From an uncultured bacterium (GTDB lineage Bacteria > GCA-001730085): DNA of 32,000 nt. The DNA lies in NCBI GenBank assembly GCA_964565945.1, contig CAZMGY010000019.1:1-32000 (forward strand), in the 5' to 3' direction. The notes beneath the pieces were generated by a model, which did no database searches, had not been told where the DNA came from, and was given only the letters and a program-made list of their open reading frames with translations. Shown one piece after another: positions 6,751 to 16,100 of the stretch (its first letter is position 1; every line of letters begins with the position of its first letter). A program made the translations under genes and the position numbers.

Positions 6751-9330
6751 ATGGTTTATTTACTTGTGAAGGAGATTCTTGTGAGGGGTGCTTTTGTTCT
6801 TTTTTGTTTTCTTGTTTGCGCGTCTTTGTATTCGGAACAAATTACAGTATCTTCAGACATCGTTGCGCCCCGTAGATCAGCTACAAAAAGTGTTGCCTCA
6901 CGTTCGCACTTGAACCAGATAACCAGTGTGCCAATCGTCGTTGTGTCTTCTAGCGAAGAAGAGACGGTAGATGTATTCTCTGATCCAGAACCTACAGCTC
7001 AAAAGGTTCTTTCCAGTGAGGGTCTAGATCTTCAGCCATTGGAAAGAATTGAGTCTAGTCCTGGTTTGCCTAAGCGTTCCCTTGTCATTAATAGTTCACA
7101 CACAATCACTCGGGAGGCCTTCATGCGTTTGGTTCCTCAAGAGTATCAAGGTCAAAATTTATGGGATGTTTTTATTGAAGATCAATTTTTGATCCTTGCC
7201 GACGAGGGGCGGACGTACGCAACATTTAATTTTGCTTTTGAAGATGTTATTGAAGCTTCTTATCCCCAAATGATGCGTGCCATTCGTGTGTATGAATACA
7301 TGAGAGGAGTTTTTGGCTTTTTTTGGGATCAAGCGATTGGGACATCTTATTTGATTCCTCAGTTTTACGATGTCGATTCTGAGAGAGGAGATATTTGGGC
7401 GAGTACAGTAGGCATGGGGTTTGCTTGTGTGGCCTATACGATTGGGGTGGAACAGGATTGGGTGCCATTGAGTACTGTTTTGGTTCGCTTGAAAGCCATT
7501 TTAAGCTTTTTTGCCAATCTTCCCGAAACCCAGTGTTATCGTGGTTTTTACGCTCATTTTTATAATATCTCAAGTGGGGAACTTGGCTCTGCGGTGGAAT
7601 TCTCTACGCTGGATACCGCTTGGTTAATTATTGGCGCTTTAACTGTTAAACAATACGTTTTATCGAAGAAAATTGAAATTGAAAGTGACGAAACGATCGC
7701 CAATCGTAGCACGATTGTGAGAGACATTGTTAATTTGGTGGATCAACTGTACCGTCGTGTTCAATGGAATGCAGCTTTAAGTTCTAACAGTCGTCATTTG
7801 ATTCATGGATGGGATTTTCGCAAGATTGTCTTGAGTGATGCTCAACAAAATGTTTTAACCTATGAGCACTTTGATGAAAGTATTTTGTTGTATTTGCTGG
7901 CCATTGGAGCACCTTTAAATCGTGTTTCGGAAGACTTGTGGTCGAATATTTTGCGGAACACTTCGTCGGTAACGATTGATAGTCTCGGACATACTGAGCC
8001 TGTGTTGGGGTATGATTTGGGTTTATTTGTACACACGTATCCTCAAGCTTATATTGACATGAGGGGTTATCGTGTTCTTAATCCCAATTTTATTCCTACC
8101 GAATTGGAAATTAATCTTATTTGTCAGACCTTACCTTTTAAAGATGCGGGTGGTTACGATTATTTTGCCAACTCTCAAAATGCAGTGAAGGCTAATCGTG
8201 AGCACACAAGATCATTGTGGCAGTCGAATTCTTCGGCATACACAACGTATGAGAGGTATTGGGGCTTGTCTCCAGCATGGTCGACAGCTAACCATTATGA
8301 TATTTTGGAGCCTTTTCGTCCTTTAGTTGATGCTCGGGTTGCACCAAGTATGGCTATGGCGACGCTTGTTTTTGATGAGATGAATGTTTATCAACAGTTT
8401 AGAGATTTGGAAGAGAGACGCGATTTTCCTGCTGATTTTGGCAATGTGAGTTCTATTTATGGGTTTATCAGTTCTTTCACCCTTGATACCCCAGCATTTG
8501 GACGAAGTGCCATTTTCAATAGGATCTTAGACATTGACAAGGGGGCCGAAATTCTTATGCTTGAAAACTATTTAACGGGTATGGTTTGGGATTTGTTGTC
8601 TAAGGATGAACGTTTATGCGATACGCTTAATTTGCTAGGTTTTCCAACGTTTTTATTTCAAGAATCGCCTGCGGCCAAAGATAGTTTGCAAAAAATATTT
8701 TCGCAGCCGACGATTGAGTTGGCTCGGGTGGAATCTCTGGGGTCTCCTTTAGCTAATGGTGCTCAAGTGAATGATCGTCAAGCCTTGCGCGTAAGAGTGA
8801 AAGAGTTGTTGCCTGGTGTGGCGAGTTACCAACTGGAGATATCCCGCGCCTCTTCGTTTTCTTCGTCGGTGGTATTGCAGGAAGTTTCTCTGGAAGGAAC
8901 CCTGCAAGATGTCAACCCTTTTGTGAATATTCCTGTGGCTTCTCGAGGGGGTCAAGGTGGAAATTATTATTATCGTCTTAGAGCTAGACGACCTAATCAG
9001 ATTGATCGTAACCATACGGTTTATAGTGCTTGGAGCCAAGCTCATAGGCTTAATATTGTTTTGAGTCACGAGACTATTCAGGTGCTGGAATCAGGAGCAG
9101 TGATTGAACTGCCTACTGACGATAGTGATTTTGATAATCCTTTGGAGGGACCCTATGAGCAACTTTTGAGAGAGTCGCTCCCCAATATTATCAATGATGT
9201 TCGTGACAATAACATTGAAGCTAACATTGAAACACAAGACGACGATAAACACTTTTCTATTGAAGATTTTTTCAATGCGATTTACGAGGATGTCTTGGTG
9301 CCTATTGGTGACTTCTTCAAAAATCGCTAA
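6751..9330 (+). CDS. Exported (alpha/alpha)6-barrel glycoside-hydrolase-like protein (GH144 / glucoamylase-like PF10091-type; beta-1,2-glucanase family) with a C-terminal Ig/FN3-like region and an acidic tail
   Basis: Hydrophobic signal sequence AFVLFCFLVCASLYS. Family-like motifs: STVGMGFACVAY, RGFYAHFYN..G....EFSTLDTAWLIIGALTVKQY, YEHFDESILLYLLAIGAP, WGLSPAW. The true start is probably GTG 6781, which follows AAGGAG at 6769-6774 after a 6-nt spacer. The family call is from memory only. Confidence 0.6.
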   Translation: MVYLLVKEILVRGAFVLFCFLVCASLYSEQITVSSDIVAPRRSATKSVASRSHLNQITSVPIVVVSSSEEETVDVFSDPEPTAQKVLSSEGLDLQPLERIESSPGLPKRSLVINSSHTITREAFMRLVPQEYQGQNLWDVFIEDQFLILADEGRTYATFNFAFEDVIEASYPQMMRAIRVYEYMRGVFGFFWDQAIGTSYLIPQFYDVDSERGDIWASTVGMGFACVAYTIGVEQDWVPLSTVLVRLKAILSFFANLPETQCYRGFYAHFYNISSGELGSAVEFSTLDTAWLIIGALTVKQYVLSKKIEIESDETIANRSTIVRDIVNLVDQLYRRVQWNAALSSNSRHLIHGWDFRKIVLSDAQQNVLTYEHFDESILLYLLAIGAPLNRVSEDLWSNILRNTSSVTIDSLGHTEPVLGYDLGLFVHTYPQAYIDMRGYRVLNPNFIPTELEINLICQTLPFKDAGGYDYFANSQNAVKANREHTRSLWQSNSSAYTTYERYWGLSPAWSTANHYDILEPFRPLVDARVAPSMAMATLVFDEMNVYQQFRDLEERRDFPADFGNVSSIYGFISSFTLDTPAFGRSAIFNRILDIDKGAEILMLENYLTGMVWDLLSKDERLCDTLNLLGFPTFLFQESPAAKDSLQKIFSQPTIELARVESLGSPLANGAQVNDRQALRVRVKELLPGVASYQLEISRASSFSSSVVLQEVSLEGTLQDVNPFVNIPVASRGGQGGNYYYRLRARRPNQIDRNHTVYSAWSQAHRLNIVLSHETIQVLESGAVIELPTDDSDFDNPLEGPYEQLLRESLPNIINDVRDNNIEANIETQDDDKHFSIEDFFNAIYEDVLVPIGDFFKNR

Positions 9331-9346
9331 GGCATCTTCGCCTGTT

Positions 9347-9375
9347 TTGTGATCATTACAATAAGGTGATAGAAT
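9347..9375 (+). promoter_or_regulatory. Candidate sigma70 promoter of the efflux operon
   Basis: TTGTGA (9347-9352), a 17-nt spacer, then TAGAAT (9370-9375), with a TGn extended -10 (TGaTAGAAT). Confidence 0.5.
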
Positions 9376-9389
9376 ACTCTCGTTAAAGT

Positions 9390-11840
9390 GTGTGTTGTGT
9401 GTGTTGTGGAAGGGTATGTGTGCATTCACAAAAACTCTTAGGTTATGTGTTGCCTTTAGTCTTGCTTCTAGGGCAGGCTGTGGGGCTGTGGGCTCAAGAG
9501 GCCACTAACGTTGTAATCAAAGCCCCTATTGAGCAAACCTTCATTGAATCGATCATTGTCGAAGAAATTGAAGAAGATGCTCTGATCAAAATTCAAGCTA
9601 ATCAAGAATTCAATGTGGTTGACTTTGTTTTGTTTCAACCTCCAAGGCTTGTGATTGAAGTGGTTGGTTCCGATATTTTTGGCAAAAAGGAAGCACGGGA
9701 AATAGTGAATGCCTTTTTGCTTAAAGAAATCAATATGGGCTATTTTGTCGAAGATATTTTGGCTAATAAAGATGAAAAGCGGGTTGATTATATGTCTTTT
9801 CGATTTGGCCAAAATTTTAGTTATGATGTGCGACAAAAAGGCAAGGAGATACAGATCTGGGTTAGGCCTATTGCGGGAGAAACGACAGAAGGGCAGGTTG
9901 CGGGTGAGAAAGAAGACCCTCTTGTGGGTATGGATCCTGAAGTTTTGCAAAAAATGGTCGAAGAAAATCCGGAATTGGCTAAAAAGTTAGCGGAGCAAGA
10001 ATCTGCGGAAGGGTCTGGGGAAGATGGTGCTGAAGTTCCTGGAAAAGCCGAAGACAGTGAAGAGCGCAAAAAAATCAAAGAGCTAAAAAATCAGGATATG
10101 GAAGCTGAATTGATGGCTTACAAGACCCGCGAAAAAAAAGCCGAAGGGGACAGTGATGATGTGTTTGAGGGGATTCAAACCGAGCGAGTGTTGACGGATG
10201 ATCAGATCAATGGAGCGCGAGAACAAGTGGATGTTGAAGATGATGTCCGAATGGAGGGGATTGAAAATGTTGAACAGGCTGTTGCTGACAAAATTGAACA
10301 AATTCGTGAGGATCAGGAAAAAACCGAAACAGGTCTGATTATACCCAAAGAAAATTCGGCTATTTTAGATATTTTGGATCAGGTTCAAGAACGGCGTAAA
10401 GAGATGCTTTTTTTTGAGAAGGAGGCTATTTTGCGTGACAATGCCAAACAGGCCGAGATCAAATTCGAAGAACAAATGGGACAAATCGTTGGCGAACTTC
10501 AGCGTTACACACCTTTGGTTCAGCCAGGAATCAAAAAGATAAGCATTGATGAATGCATTCAAGTAGCGATAAACAATCATTTGCCAGCCCAAATTGCTTT
10601 GGAAAAAATCAAATTAGCCAAATTGAAATATTGGGAAGCTAGGCGGAATATATTTCCCAAGGTGAGTACGGATATTTCTAAGACCAAAGGGGAAGCGGGT
10701 GCGTTGCCCTTTTCGGAAGAAGATTATAAGATTACGGTTGATTATGCCTTGTTTGATGGGGGAGAGATTAAATTTTTATTAAAACAAGCTAAGGTTAATC
10801 TCGAAGTTGCTAAACGGACGTACGATAAAATTAAAACGGAGGTAGCCTTTGATGTAGAGGAAGCATACTACAATCATGTGATGGCCAAAATGAACTTGGC
10901 AACCCAGCGACGCTTATTGGGGCGGACCACAGATATAGTGAAAAAAGTTAACTATTTGCATAAGCAAGGTTTGGTTCGTTTGTTAGATTTTCGCAATGTG
11001 AAGTCCTCTTACAACCAAGTTCAGTTTCAAGTGGCTGGGACGGTGAAGGATTACGAGATGGGGGAGCTCAGTTTGCGTCAAAAAATGAGTGTGGGAGAAG
11101 ATTTTACTCTGGATACCATCGATAGCATTGGTTTTAAAGATATTCCTCTGAATATTCAGGATGCTTTGTGGTTGGCTTACAAATATCGTTCCGAATACAT
11201 TGTTAATAAACTCATGGTTGATTTTCAAAATTTTGACCGCTTGGCCAATATTGCCAAGGAAAGTTTTCGGGTCGACTTTTCATGTTTTTACGGCTATGGG
11301 GGTGGTGCCTATCAAAATGATACTTTGCATTTGAATGAACAATGGAATGCGGCGCTTAAAGTCAGTAAGTCGTTTGGAGGGAACACTGTGGAGACAAATG
11401 TGATCAAAGAGCACGCTTTTCCGCGTTTAGGTCAGTCTTCTCGTGGTGATTCCTATACACGTTCTTTGAAAGTCTCTTTGTTGGATAACTTGAAGGTGTT
11501 CACCGATAAAAAACAGGCCGATATCACTTTTCAAGAAGCTGTGCTCGAAGTTGGAAAAATGGAGAAACAAATAGAAACCGATGTTCGCAATGCCTGTTAT
11601 GATTACCAAAAAGCGATCATCCAGATTGATTCTGCCTTTGATAAAGTGCTTTTTCGCGAGGAAGAGGTTAAGGTGAATAAGACGATGATGTCGTTAGGGG
11701 AAGCTACTGCGGTTCAGATGCTTGATTCTTACGTTCGCTTGTCCGACGAAAAGTCGTTTTATTTTCAGGGTTTGATAAATTATTACATTGCCATTGCCAA
11801 TTTAAATAAGGCGATTGGCTTAATTGGCTACTATCGTTAA
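9390..11840 (+). CDS. Outer-membrane efflux factor with an unusual fusion: signal peptide, AMIN domain (about aa 52-160), acidic E/D/K linker (about aa 161-380), and a TolC/OEP-family domain (about aa 383-816)
   Basis: AMIN-like: ALIKIQANQEFNVVDFVLFQPPRLVIEVVG ... RVDYMSFRFGQNFSYDVRQKGKEIQIWV. TolC-like: ISIDECIQVAINNHLPAQIALEKIKLAKLKYWEARRNIFPKVS, plus two repeated OEP halves ending in LINYYIAIANLNKAIG. The real start is more likely GTG 9420 (MHSQKLLGYVLPLVLLLGQAVGLWA/QE). Confidence 0.85.
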   Translation: MCCVCCGRVCVHSQKLLGYVLPLVLLLGQAVGLWAQEATNVVIKAPIEQTFIESIIVEEIEEDALIKIQANQEFNVVDFVLFQPPRLVIEVVGSDIFGKKEAREIVNAFLLKEINMGYFVEDILANKDEKRVDYMSFRFGQNFSYDVRQKGKEIQIWVRPIAGETTEGQVAGEKEDPLVGMDPEVLQKMVEENPELAKKLAEQESAEGSGEDGAEVPGKAEDSEERKKIKELKNQDMEAELMAYKTREKKAEGDSDDVFEGIQTERVLTDDQINGAREQVDVEDDVRMEGIENVEQAVADKIEQIREDQEKTETGLIIPKENSAILDILDQVQERRKEMLFFEKEAILRDNAKQAEIKFEEQMGQIVGELQRYTPLVQPGIKKISIDECIQVAINNHLPAQIALEKIKLAKLKYWEARRNIFPKVSTDISKTKGEAGALPFSEEDYKITVDYALFDGGEIKFLLKQAKVNLEVAKRTYDKIKTEVAFDVEEAYYNHVMAKMNLATQRRLLGRTTDIVKKVNYLHKQGLVRLLDFRNVKSSYNQVQFQVAGTVKDYEMGELSLRQKMSVGEDFTLDTIDSIGFKDIPLNIQDALWLAYKYRSEYIVNKLMVDFQNFDRLANIAKESFRVDFSCFYGYGGGAYQNDTLHLNEQWNAALKVSKSFGGNTVETNVIKEHAFPRLGQSSRGDSYTRSLKVSLLDNLKVFTDKKQADITFQEAVLEVGKMEKQIETDVRNACYDYQKAIIQIDSAFDKVLFREEEVKVNKTMMSLGEATAVQMLDSYVRLSDEKSFYFQGLINYYIAIANLNKAIGLIGYYR

Positions 11841-11851
11841 GGACTTGATGC

Positions 11852-13075
11852 ATGGAAGATAAGATAATCAAAAAGAAGAAAAAGAAGAAAAAGAAGAAAC
11901 GTAAGAAAAAAGGCCGTCGCATTGGTTTGATGCTTTTGATTATTTTGGGCGGAATTACTGTTTCTTATTTGGTGTCTAAGTTTGATTTGATGCGTTATAT
12001 CAAAATGGTTCGTGAGATGGCCAAGGCTCAGGTCGAGACTAAAGAAGAAGCGATTGAAAAAGAGTGGCCTTTGGTCAAAGTTTTTCACGTTGTCCGGACC
12101 GACTTTAGTGATATGTTGCCGATAATTGGTACTGTGAAGGGCTTTGAAGAATTGGAGCTTCGCTTTGAAGTGAACGGCATTATCGAAAACATTAACTTCA
12201 AAACAGGGGATCTAGTGGCTAAACATGATGTTGTGTCTAATTTGGTTCAGGATGAGGCCAAATACAAAGTGGAATTTCAAAAGGCTAACTATGAAACCTC
12301 TCAATCAACTTTTTTAGGAGTGGCAAAAAAGCTAACCAACTCTGAAAAAATGTTTAATGCAGGAGCCATTGTGGTTTCCAAGCTCGATGAAGCGGTGCTT
12401 GAAGCAGAGAATGCGGCTCTCAAGATGAAATCAGCTCGTTTTGAGTATTTGTCGGCATTGAATGAGGCCAAGAAGACTGAGCTACGATCTCCAGTCGATG
12501 GTGTGCTAGCGGTTCAACATATGGATGTAGGAGAATTTGTAACCTCAAACGAAAAAGCTTTGACGGTGATGGATATTACTCGTGTTTATGTCGAAGTTGG
12601 GGTGGTGGAAAAAGATGTTGATAAAATTGCGATTGGATTAACGGCTCAAGTGAGTGTGGATACTTATCCTGGGGTTGCCTTTGAAGGGATATTAACTGGA
12701 TTGTCTCCTGTGATTGAGGGTAAAAGCCGGACGATGACTGCCAAAATTGAAGTGGATAATGATCAACTATTGTTATTACCAGGTATGTTTGCGCGGACGA
12801 ATATTTCGGTTTATGAATCCAAAGACACCCTTATGGTTCCTGCTTTGGTTCTTAATAAAACTAAAGATGGTTATTCGGTTAATGTTGTCAGCAGTGATGA
12901 CACCATTGAAACTCGGGTGGTGGAAGTGATTTACTTTACGGTGGATCGTGAATATGTCGAGATCAGCGCTGGTCTCGAGGTGGATGAGTTTGTGATTGTC
13001 GAATCGCAACAAGATATTAAAGAGGGTGATCAGGTGCAAGTGATTGAAGTACAGGAAAGCATATTTGCCAAGTAA
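11852..13075 (+). CDS. RND efflux periplasmic adaptor (membrane fusion protein, HlyD/AcrA family) with a poly-lysine N-terminus
   Basis: KKKKKKKKKKRKKKGRR, then TM segment IGLMLLIILGGITVSYLV, then lipoyl/beta-barrel motifs (GTVKGFEELELRFEVNGII, SPVDGVL, LLPGMFAR). It starts 11 nt after the upstream gene. Confidence 0.9.
   Translation: MEDKIIKKKKKKKKKKRKKKGRRIGLMLLIILGGITVSYLVSKFDLMRYIKMVREMAKAQVETKEEAIEKEWPLVKVFHVVRTDFSDMLPIIGTVKGFEELELRFEVNGIIENINFKTGDLVAKHDVVSNLVQDEAKYKVEFQKANYETSQSTFLGVAKKLTNSEKMFNAGAIVVSKLDEAVLEAENAALKMKSARFEYLSALNEAKKTELRSPVDGVLAVQHMDVGEFVTSNEKALTVMDITRVYVEVGVVEKDVDKIAIGLTAQVSVDTYPGVAFEGILTGLSPVIEGKSRTMTAKIEVDNDQLLLLPGMFARTNISVYESKDTLMVPALVLNKTKDGYSVNVVSSDDTIETRVVEVIYFTVDREYVEISAGLEVDEFVIVESQQDIKEGDQVQVIEVQESIFAK
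11870..11896 (+). repeat. Perfect tandem repeat (AAAAAGAAG)x3 encoding part of the poly-K tract
   Basis: Read directly from the sequence at 11870-78, 11879-87 and 11888-96. The unit is 9 bp, so copy-number change would stay in frame. Confidence 0.9.
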
Positions 13076-13100
13076 TATACTTCTAATAGTATATGTGTGA

Positions 13101-16100
13101 ATGGGGTTAAAGGGTGTTGCTTTGAATTTATCCGAAATATCTGTACGTAGGCCAGTCATGACAGTGATGGTTTATTTGGGCTTAACTTTGTTTGGGATGA
13201 TTTCTTTGATGAAGTTACCCCAAGCTTTATATCCTCAAATCACGTTCCCTCAGTTAACTGTGATGACCTATTACGGTAATGCTGCCCCCGAAGAGGTAGA
13301 AACCCTTATCACAAAAATCATTGAAGAGGCGGTGGGAACGGTTAGTGATTTGAAAAGGGTGACTTCCAAATCTAAGGAAGGTATGTCACTGGTGACCGCC
13401 GAATTTAGCTGGGGGACTGATATGAATTTTGCCGCATTGTCGATGCGAGAGAAAATCGATTTGGTCAAAGCCCGATTACCGCGCGACTCTGGAGAGCCAA
13501 TTGTCTTAAAATTTAACCCCTTAGAGCTTCCCGCGGTGATTTTAAGTTTAACAGGGGAGCGTGGCGATGTCGAAATGTTGCGTTATGCACGTCGCTTCAT
13601 TAAGGAAGCTTTGGAAAAGTTGGAAGGGGTTGCTTCCTGTTCGATCAGTGGTGGGGTTGATCGCGAGATTCATGTTGATATTGATCAGGCTAAGATGATG
13701 GCCTCGAGTATTTCGATTGACGAAGTGACCGACGCTTTAACCGATGACAACTTGAACTATCCAGCGGGAACGATCAAAGAGAATTTTTATGAATATCTGA
13801 TTCGTTCGATTGGTGAGTACACCTCGGTGGAAGAAATTGGACAAATGCCGCTTTATTTAGATGATCGTGATGAAATTAAGCGTAATCGCGAAAGAGGATC
13901 TGAGTATTTGCGAGATAACGTCAATCAAGATGTAGCTGGAGGGCTAGGGAAACGTTTGATTTATCTATCGGACATTGCTAAAGTGACTGATACTAAGAAG
14001 GAACGCCACAGTTACTCTCGTTACAATGGTGTGAGTAACATTTCGCTTTCGGTTCAAAAACAGGCCACGGCCAACGTGATTGATGTGGCCGAACGAGTCA
14101 AAAAAGAGCTCAAAGTGATCAAAGAAACCATGCCCGAAGATATGGCGGTTGAGGTGATTTACGATCAATCGATCTTTGTGAAGCAAGCGATCCGTGGTGT
14201 GGCCACTGCCATATGGCAGGGAGGTTTGATCGCCTTTTTTATCTTGCTGTACTTTCTTAAAAATATTCGCAGCGCTTTGGTGGTGGGCGTTTCGATTCCT
14301 GTTTCGGTGGTGATTGCTTTTGGTTTAATGTACGGTTTTGGGGTTTCGATCAATATGATGTCTTTGTCTGGACTGGCTTTAGGGATTGGTATGATGGTGG
14401 ATAATGCCATTGTGGTGATGGAAAATATCAGTCGTTTGAGGACCGAGGGCAAGCGCTCCAATGAAGCTTCGATTGAGGGAAGTAACGAGGTGGGGCTAGC
14501 GGTCTTTGCATCTACGCTCACGACGGTGGCGGTGTTTTTTCCTATGGTGTTTGTCGTGGGGATTGCTGGACAGATGTTCAAAGATCTTTCCTTAACGGTG
14601 GTGTTTTCTTTGATGGCATCGCTTTTAGTGGCCTTGACCCTGATTCCTCGTTTGTCCAGTGGTGAAAAAGAGGTGAAACGTAGCGAAGAGTATCAGCCAC
14701 GTTGGGTGACTGTTTTGGAATATCCGTTTTATGTAATTAGTCGGGTGTATGGCGTGATGATCCGTTTATTCTTAAAAACACGTTTGTTGGGTTTGCCTCT
14801 GATTGTGGTGACTTTTGTGGGGAGTATCTTTTTAATGATGACTTTGAACAAAGAAATGTTGCCTAAGGTTGATCAGGGGGAGTTTGTGGTTAAAGTTACT
14901 ATGCCCGCAGGGACTCTGTTGAAGGTGACCAATAAGATTGTTTACAAAATTGAAAATTATTTGTTGGAACGCTCTGATGTGGAAAGCATATCGATTCAGG
15001 TAGGTTCGGACCAGGAAGACACGTCTTCGGCTGAAGCTGTCGATGGCTTAGAAGCCCATGAAGGGGAATTGACGGTCAAGCTCAAAGCTAATCGTAAGCA
15101 AAAAACCAAAGTGATTGTGTCCGAAATTCGCGATCATTTGAAATTTGAGGACTTGGATGTAGCTCAAATCAATATCATTCAGTCCGATTCGAGCCTGGCA
15201 GGTTTTGGTGGAGGAGAAGGTGGGGCTCCGATTATTATTGAAGTTAAAGGAACACGCTTGGATAAATTACGACAGATTGCCGATGCTTTGAAGGCCAAGA
15301 TGGAGAGTATTCCTGGTATTGTAAGTGTTAAGGACGATTTTGCCCAACCGAGTCCCGAAATCAAAGTGACGATTAACAAGGATCGTGCGGCGCTGCACGG
15401 CCTTTCAGTAATCGATATTTCTCAAACCGCCCAGGTTGCTTTAAGAGGGTCGGTTGCCACCAAGTACAAAGAGGAAGGGAAAGAAGTGGACGTGGTGGTC
15501 CGCTTACGAGAGGAAGATCGCAAAGACTTTGGTCAGCTTCGCAATATTAATATTCGTTCTAAAACGCTTAAACAAAACATCCCTTTGCGTGAAGTGGCCT
15601 ATCTGACACGTGGCTTGGGTCCAAGTGAAATTGTGCGTAAAGATCAACAGCGGGTGATTACCGTGAGTGCCGATATATTTGGTCACAGCTTGGATCAGGT
15701 AATCTTAGAGCTTCAGGGGGTTTTGGATCGAATGAAAATTCCCAATCAGTATAGTTTTGAATTATCTGGGGAAAGCGAAAAAATGAAAAACTCTTTCCAG
15801 AGTTTGCAGTTTGCTTTAATTTTATCGATCATATTGGTGTACATGATTATGGCTTCGCAATTTGAGTCTTTATGGCAACCTATTATTATTATGTTAACAG
15901 TACCTTTGTCGCTGATTGGAGTTTCGTTAACCTTGTTTGCGACGCGAACCAGTTTGAATGTGATGGTGATTTTGGGGATCATTATGCTTTCGGGGATTGT
16001 GGTAAACAATGCGATTGTTTTGATATCAACCGCCAATGATCTGAGGATTATGGGAGAAACGGCCTATGATGCTATTGTACACGCCTGTAAGCTACGTTTA

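Noticed and set aside
9468-9950. A 160-aa ORF antisense to the AMIN region, plus other antisense or out-of-frame ORFs in the operon (14165..14581, 17208..17729, 12776..13159)
   Set aside because: All are nested in strongly supported plus-strand genes of the efflux operon and lack RBS or homology signals. They are shadow ORFs of long coding regions.
11704-12088. Minus-strand ORFs containing poly-phenylalanine or leucine runs (FFFFFFFF, LLFLLFLLF)
   Set aside because: They are simply the reverse-complement reading of the AAG/AAA poly-lysine tract of the adaptor gene.
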